Source of the DNA: Eledone cirrhosa
Taxonomy: Eukaryota
Assembly (NCBI GenBank): GCA_964016885.1
Contig: OZ024742.1
Span: 6,572,001-6,636,000 of the forward strand
Length of the DNA stretch: 64,000 bases
Direction: 5' to 3'
How positions within the stretch are numbered: position 1 is the stretch's first letter; the number at the start of each line of letters is the position of its first letter. The notes under the pieces are model-generated. The model saw only the letters and a program-made list of their open reading frames with translations. It ran no database searches and was not told the DNA's origin. Below, piece by piece: positions 57,721-64,000 of this stretch. The translations under genes and the position numbers were made by a program.

Positions 57721-57726
<6 letters not shown>
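57393..57726. repeat. Inverted repeat (163-bp arms, 8-bp spacer) with HHR
   Basis: Arms are reverse complements. (TA)n flanks. Confidence 0.92.
57624..57690 (+). ncRNA. Type I hammerhead ribozyme
   Basis: TTTTAT-CTGATGA-AAACACAAATATT..GATATTTGTTTTT-GAA-ATGCGCAT-A-ATAAAA. Mirror at 57429-57495. Confidence 0.82.
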
Positions 57727-57779
<53 letters not shown>

Positions 57780-57944
57780 TTTAGAGTTAAATAAGGTTCA
57801 TATGAATTATCTATGAATGAGTTTTACACACATATATATATGTGTGTGTTTGTATTTGGTTGTGCGTTTTTGTGATATGTATGTATATGTATGTGTATAA
57901 TTGAATGGCTATGTATGTATGTGTGTGTATATATATATATAAGG

Positions 57945-59038
<1,094 letters not shown>

Positions 59039-60194
59039 TGTATATGTGTGTGTATATATGTATATATGTGTGTGTGTGTATGTATTTGTGTATGAGTATG
59101 TATGTGTTTATGTATTTGTATATGTATATTTATGTGTGAGAGTGTGTGTATGTATTTATTTTTACGTATGTATGTGTACTTGCATTTGTGTGTATTGCTT
59201 ACCACGTGTGTTTGTTCATTTATTTGTTGTCTGTATCGCTGTCAACTTTATAATAGTCTTTATTTTCTTTTTTATGTCTTTTATTACTATATATATTTTT
59301 TCTATATTTATTTGCGTGTGTGAGTATGTAGAGGTGTGTGTATATTTTTTAATTTTTGTGCATGCATATGTATGCATGTATATATGTGTGTATGTATGTG
59401 TGTGTATGTACGTGTGTATATACGTATGATTGTGTGTATGTATGCATGTATGTATATGTATGTGTGTATGGCTATGTATGTGTATGTGTATGCATATATA
59501 TATATATATTTCTATTTCTATATATATATGTATATATATGTGTGTGGTTGTATATATGTATGTGTATGTATGGATATGTTGATATTTATGTGCATGCATG
59601 TATGTGTATATGTATGTGTATGTATATATATACACATATATATGTGTGTGTGTGTATATGTGTGTGTGTATGTATGTGTGTATGTATATATATATATATA
59701 TATACTCTTATTCGATATGTGGATTCCACATTCCCGATTATCTTTCGCGAATATAGAGGTTATCTCCCTTGCTAGACTCCATGTGCGTTTAGCTATAGTT
59801 AATTTCTTCATTCGTCGGACAATGGCTCGTTGATAAGGTTATTCCGGTCCCTCTTCTCCCTAGAAGTCTTATATATTTTTATGTGGGCTGATAGGGGGCG
59901 GACTAAGGAATAGCAGAAACCCAAGAAGCTAGATTTACCACCTTTCTAGTGGGTCCGGGTAAGTTTTTTACATTCATATGATTTATTGATTTATTGATAT
60001 TTTATCTGAGTGACCCGAATCTTCCTGGTCGTTATTTTTCCGCTGCACGGGTGATTTTAGGCATAATCTTTGTGTGTTGGTATCTTAACGATAGTTATAG
60101 CTCTGATTTATCTGAATTATTGAGCCCTCTGCCACTCATGTCGGATTTTGTTTATCGTAAATTCGTGAGCTGATTTTCCGATACTCGATCATTC

Positions 60195-60280
<86 letters not shown>

Positions 60281-60289
60281 ATGTATATA

Positions 60290-60324
<35 letters not shown>

Positions 60325-60434
60325 ATGTGTGTTTTTAGTTTATTTTTCCTTTCCTTCTTCCTTCTCCAGCCTCACTTTCATTTAGATTGCATTTTCGTTT
60401 TTAGAATCCAATGTCAATAAATACACCAGGATTT

Positions 60435-60491
60435 TTCATTCTGATGATTGAAAGAAAATTTTTTGCTTTTAAGAAACCACTGGTAAATGGA
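60435..60491 (+). ncRNA. Type I hammerhead ribozyme
   Basis: TTCATT-CTGATGA-TTGAAAG..CTTTTAA-GAA-ACCACTGGT-A-AATGGA. Confidence 0.78.
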
Positions 60492-60517
60492 ATAATTGCC
60501 TTATGTTATTTATTATA

Positions 60518-60634
<117 letters not shown>

Positions 60635-60645
60635 CACACACACAC

Positions 60646-60676
<31 letters not shown>

Positions 60677-60699
60677 AATACACACACACACATATATAT

Positions 60700-60745
<46 letters not shown>

Positions 60746-60764
60746 TCACACACACATATATATG

Positions 60765-60808
<44 letters not shown>

Positions 60809-60930
60809 AAAATTACAATTGGTGCTCTGAAATAGCTATATATATATGAATGTATATACAATGTATTTTGCAATACATTGTATGCTTAATTAAAAGCATT
60901 TCGAAGACCTTATGCTATTGTTTTAAAATA

Positions 60931-61272
60931 GTCACAGACTCACTTACTTTAATTTCAGCAAACAGGGGGAGATAAAGCTGACAAGGCCTTGTTTCGCATT
61001 TATTGATGCTTATCAAAGCCAACTACTCCTCCTGTCTGCTGCAATCATGGATGTTTGGTTCTTATAGAATTCTAGTAAATAATTTCTGCTTGACCGGCAA
61101 CCGTTCTGTATAATCAGTTCCTGATCATTTACTAGAATTCTATAAGAACCAAACATCCATGATTTCAGCAGACAGGAGGAGTAGTTGGCTTTGATAAGCA
61201 TCAATAAATGCGAAACAAGGCCTTTTCAGCTTTATCTCCCCCTGTTTGCTGAAATTAAAGTAAGTGAGTCTG
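60931..61272. repeat. Inverted repeat (~147-bp arms, ~45-bp spacer) with variant HHR
   Basis: 60935-61080 versus 61126-61272. Confidence 0.9.
60976..61020 (-). ncRNA. Type I hammerhead ribozyme with U3-A8 core (TTGATAA)
   Basis: GGCT-TTGATAA-GCAT/CAATAA/ATGC-GAA-ACAAGGCCTTGT-C-AGCT. Confidence 0.75.
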
Positions 61273-61289
61273 TCACTACTCTATATACA

Positions 61290-61337
<48 letters not shown>

Positions 61338-61366
61338 CACACACACACACACATATATATATATGC

Positions 61367-61968
61367 TGGCTGCCAACTCGTTTTCGAGTACGGCCACTAC
61401 TTTATATGTAGGAGAACCCCTACCGATGCGCTGAACGAGTGTGACTTTTTAGTCCAGCCAGCGACTTGAAAACTCTGGTACAAACACTACACTTGTGACA
61501 ATTATTGACACATAGTGCTGGGCCCATGGTACCATGTGACGACAAGTGCAGAGAGATCTCCAGATATAAAGCAATGGCTGTGTCGTGAAGCTTTTATAGT
61601 GAGCAAAGGCGCTGCACAAAGCCAGTCCCACTCTCTTAACCAAGATGATATTTACCAAAAAGAAGAACAAGTCAACATCATTGGATACCATCAGGGTTGC
61701 AGGTGTTATATCAGAGTTTTCCTTCTCCTAGAATTCTGCCTTGACAAAGGCTAAGGGGTCATCTCTCCCGGTGATTTTGGATGGCCATTGACTCTTAAGA
61801 GCTCCTTTGCCCTTTGACAGGTTTTATTTTTAGTCCTGCAGGATGTCCAAAGTCACCCTCCTCACCAAGAAACCGTGGTGGGGTTGCCAGTTTAGTCGCC
61901 AACGACTCGACCATGAGACAGGTTGTACTGGGATACATGTTACCAGTAGCACCCAGTGGTGACCTGAC
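61367..61968 (-). mobile_element. ~600-bp non-coding repeat with RTE-5'UTR-like head (copy 2, longer)
   Basis: Matches 40391-40797. The extra 5' part has GTCGTTGGCGACTAAACTGG. (TA)n flanks. Confidence 0.7.
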
Positions 61969-62065
61969 ATAAATATATATATACATATATATATACACAC
62001 GTATATATATATAGACATATATATATATATATATACACATAAATGGACATATATTTATTCCTATA

Positions 62066-62098
<33 letters not shown>

Positions 62099-62102
<4 letters not shown>

Positions 62103-62292
62103 CGAAGGAGTTGTGGTAAGGAACCAGATGGACCATAACGCACCAGACTACTCAATACTTAGGGTAGTAGAATGGGTAATAGGAAAAAGTATGACCCCGA
62201 CGGCAGAGCTCAAGCCGTTTCGACTGCTTTCTGAGTCCAGAAATAGCCGTCGAAACGGCTTGAGCCCTACCGTCGGGTTCATACTTTTTCCT
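62099..62292. repeat. Inverted pLTR pair of the 46.3-kb Naiad family, no coding sequence
   Basis: Same ATAACGAAGG..GGGTAATAGGAA and GTCCAGAA.TAGCCGTCGAAACGGCTTGAGC segments as at 46278-46515 and 47366. Confidence 0.85.
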
Positions 62293-64000
62293 ATATACAC
62301 ACACACACACATATTCATATATATATACACATATATAGATATACATGCATATATAGGCATATATATATACACATATATAGATATACATGCATATATAGGC
62401 ATATATATATATATACACATATATAGATATACATGCATATATAGGCATATATATATACATACACATATACGGACATATATAAACACATTTATACAGACAC
62501 ACACTCATATATATATATACACACATTTATACACACATACATACATATATATACACATATACACACCTATATATACACAGTTATATATATATATATATAT
62601 ATATATTCACATTTATATATATATATACACACATATTTATCCACATATGAATAGATTCACTCAAATATATTATAGGCCATTCTTTGGTAAACGAAGCGGG
62701 TAAAACTGTGTAAGATAAACCCGAAGCAGACGATATGGAAAATAAAACGAAAGCCAACTGAAAACAAACAGAAAACACACAAACAACATAACTATATAAC
62801 TACATGTCTTATTAAGTGAGACGAAGAAAGAGAAAAATAAAGCTAAATGGGAAGTGCAGAATGTTTGAACCGTGAAAAACTGTTTTGATGTCGCAAGGGA
62901 ATGGAATAAAAATAAATAAAAACATACAAATATATGAAATTACCAAAAAAAAAACTAAAGAAAAATCGAAACATACTCCCCCCACTACAAAAAATAAAAA
63001 TAAAAACATAAAAAAGAGAAAACAGTAAAAAAAAAAAACAATTGAAAACAATAAAATAAAGATAGAGTAAATATATTAAGACGAAAGTGTTGTTAATAAA
63101 ATGAACTAATAAAAAATGACTGATGAAATGGATTGAGTGAAATGGAGAGAGGAGGATTTGAGCGGACATTTTTAGACTGGGTCCCAGTAGTGTAGAGGTG
63201 AGCAGCTAGCGGAAGTTGTACAATTGATAAATAACAACAGCAACAATAACATATACAACACACCCCCACATCACACTAAATCAAAAAAGAGAGAAACGAT
63301 AAAACAACAACAGTAACAAAACTCATCAACAAATTGGAAGAAAACCCAGTGAAAAATAACAATATTAAAGAAATATTTTACGGTAGGGCAAATGTATTTT
63401 ATCATATTTTAGTAAAATGATAAATTGGAGGACATTTTTTTTCCCTTCACCCAGTCCCGCCACCCCACCACCCTGCCACAAAACTATGGTCATCTTCTAT
63501 AGTATATTTTATATAATAATATTTTCTATAGCTAATGTTAAATATCGTTTGCTTGAGATTTTTAGCAAATCTCACATGCACACTTTCCTTCCTATCACAA
63601 CACCGACCTCATCCTCCTCTCTCCATTATAACACATATTTCCATAGAAAGGACATTGCGGTTTATCCTACTACTAGCGCCACCTGCTATTACGAAAGAAT
63701 GGCAAGAATGAACAGTGTATATCTATATATGAGTAGATTTCTCCAAAGGCCTAGCATATATATATATATGTATATATATATATAATGTATATATATGTAA
63801 TATGTGTGTGTGTATAAACATATATGTGTTTATATATATATATGTGTGTGTGTATGTGTAGCTATAAATATATATATGTGTGTGTGTATGTATGTGTGTG
63901 CATGTATCAACAGTGGGTAATGAGATTATATTAAAAGAATGGCCAGGTTCCTAAGAGAATCGAACGTTGCTCTGTTGTAAAAGAGGGAAGCAAGACATCG

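Noticed and set aside
62690-64000. A-rich unique-looking region and 122-aa ORF at 63417
   Set aside because: No recognisable motif, splice pattern or repeat identity that I can support.

Overview
Repeat-dominated animal genomic DNA with no intact host gene. The tRNA-head/Meta-type SINEs, extreme (TA)n content and Penelope-like elements suggest an octopus or other mollusc (inference). Bases 1-18.86 kb are a 57-bp tandem satellite (~330 copies) with higher-order structure. The remaining 45 kb is a nest of retroelements: three decayed Naiad-type Penelope-like elements (PLEs; two with YRDD RT, the third deleted before that motif) plus an inverted 3' fragment of the first; a Neptune-type PLE with a ~1.3-kb inverted pLTR; a near-full-length decayed Tx1/L1 LINE; several SINEs; and many microsatellites. 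The main hidden signal is about 20 type-I hammerhead ribozyme (HHR) motifs from roughly 9-10 families. They lie in non-coding, (TA)n-flanked, inverted and/or tandem modules that look like PLE pLTR derivatives or retrozymes. These include a circularly permuted 469-nt unit, a U3-A8 covariant core, a CCGAAGA core and an HHR with a ~115-nt stem II. The Tx1 element also has a splice-site-bounded 39-nt spacer whose removal would fuse ORF1 to ORF2 in frame. All alignments and folds were done by eye. Most ORFs in the supplied track are microsatellite artefacts.
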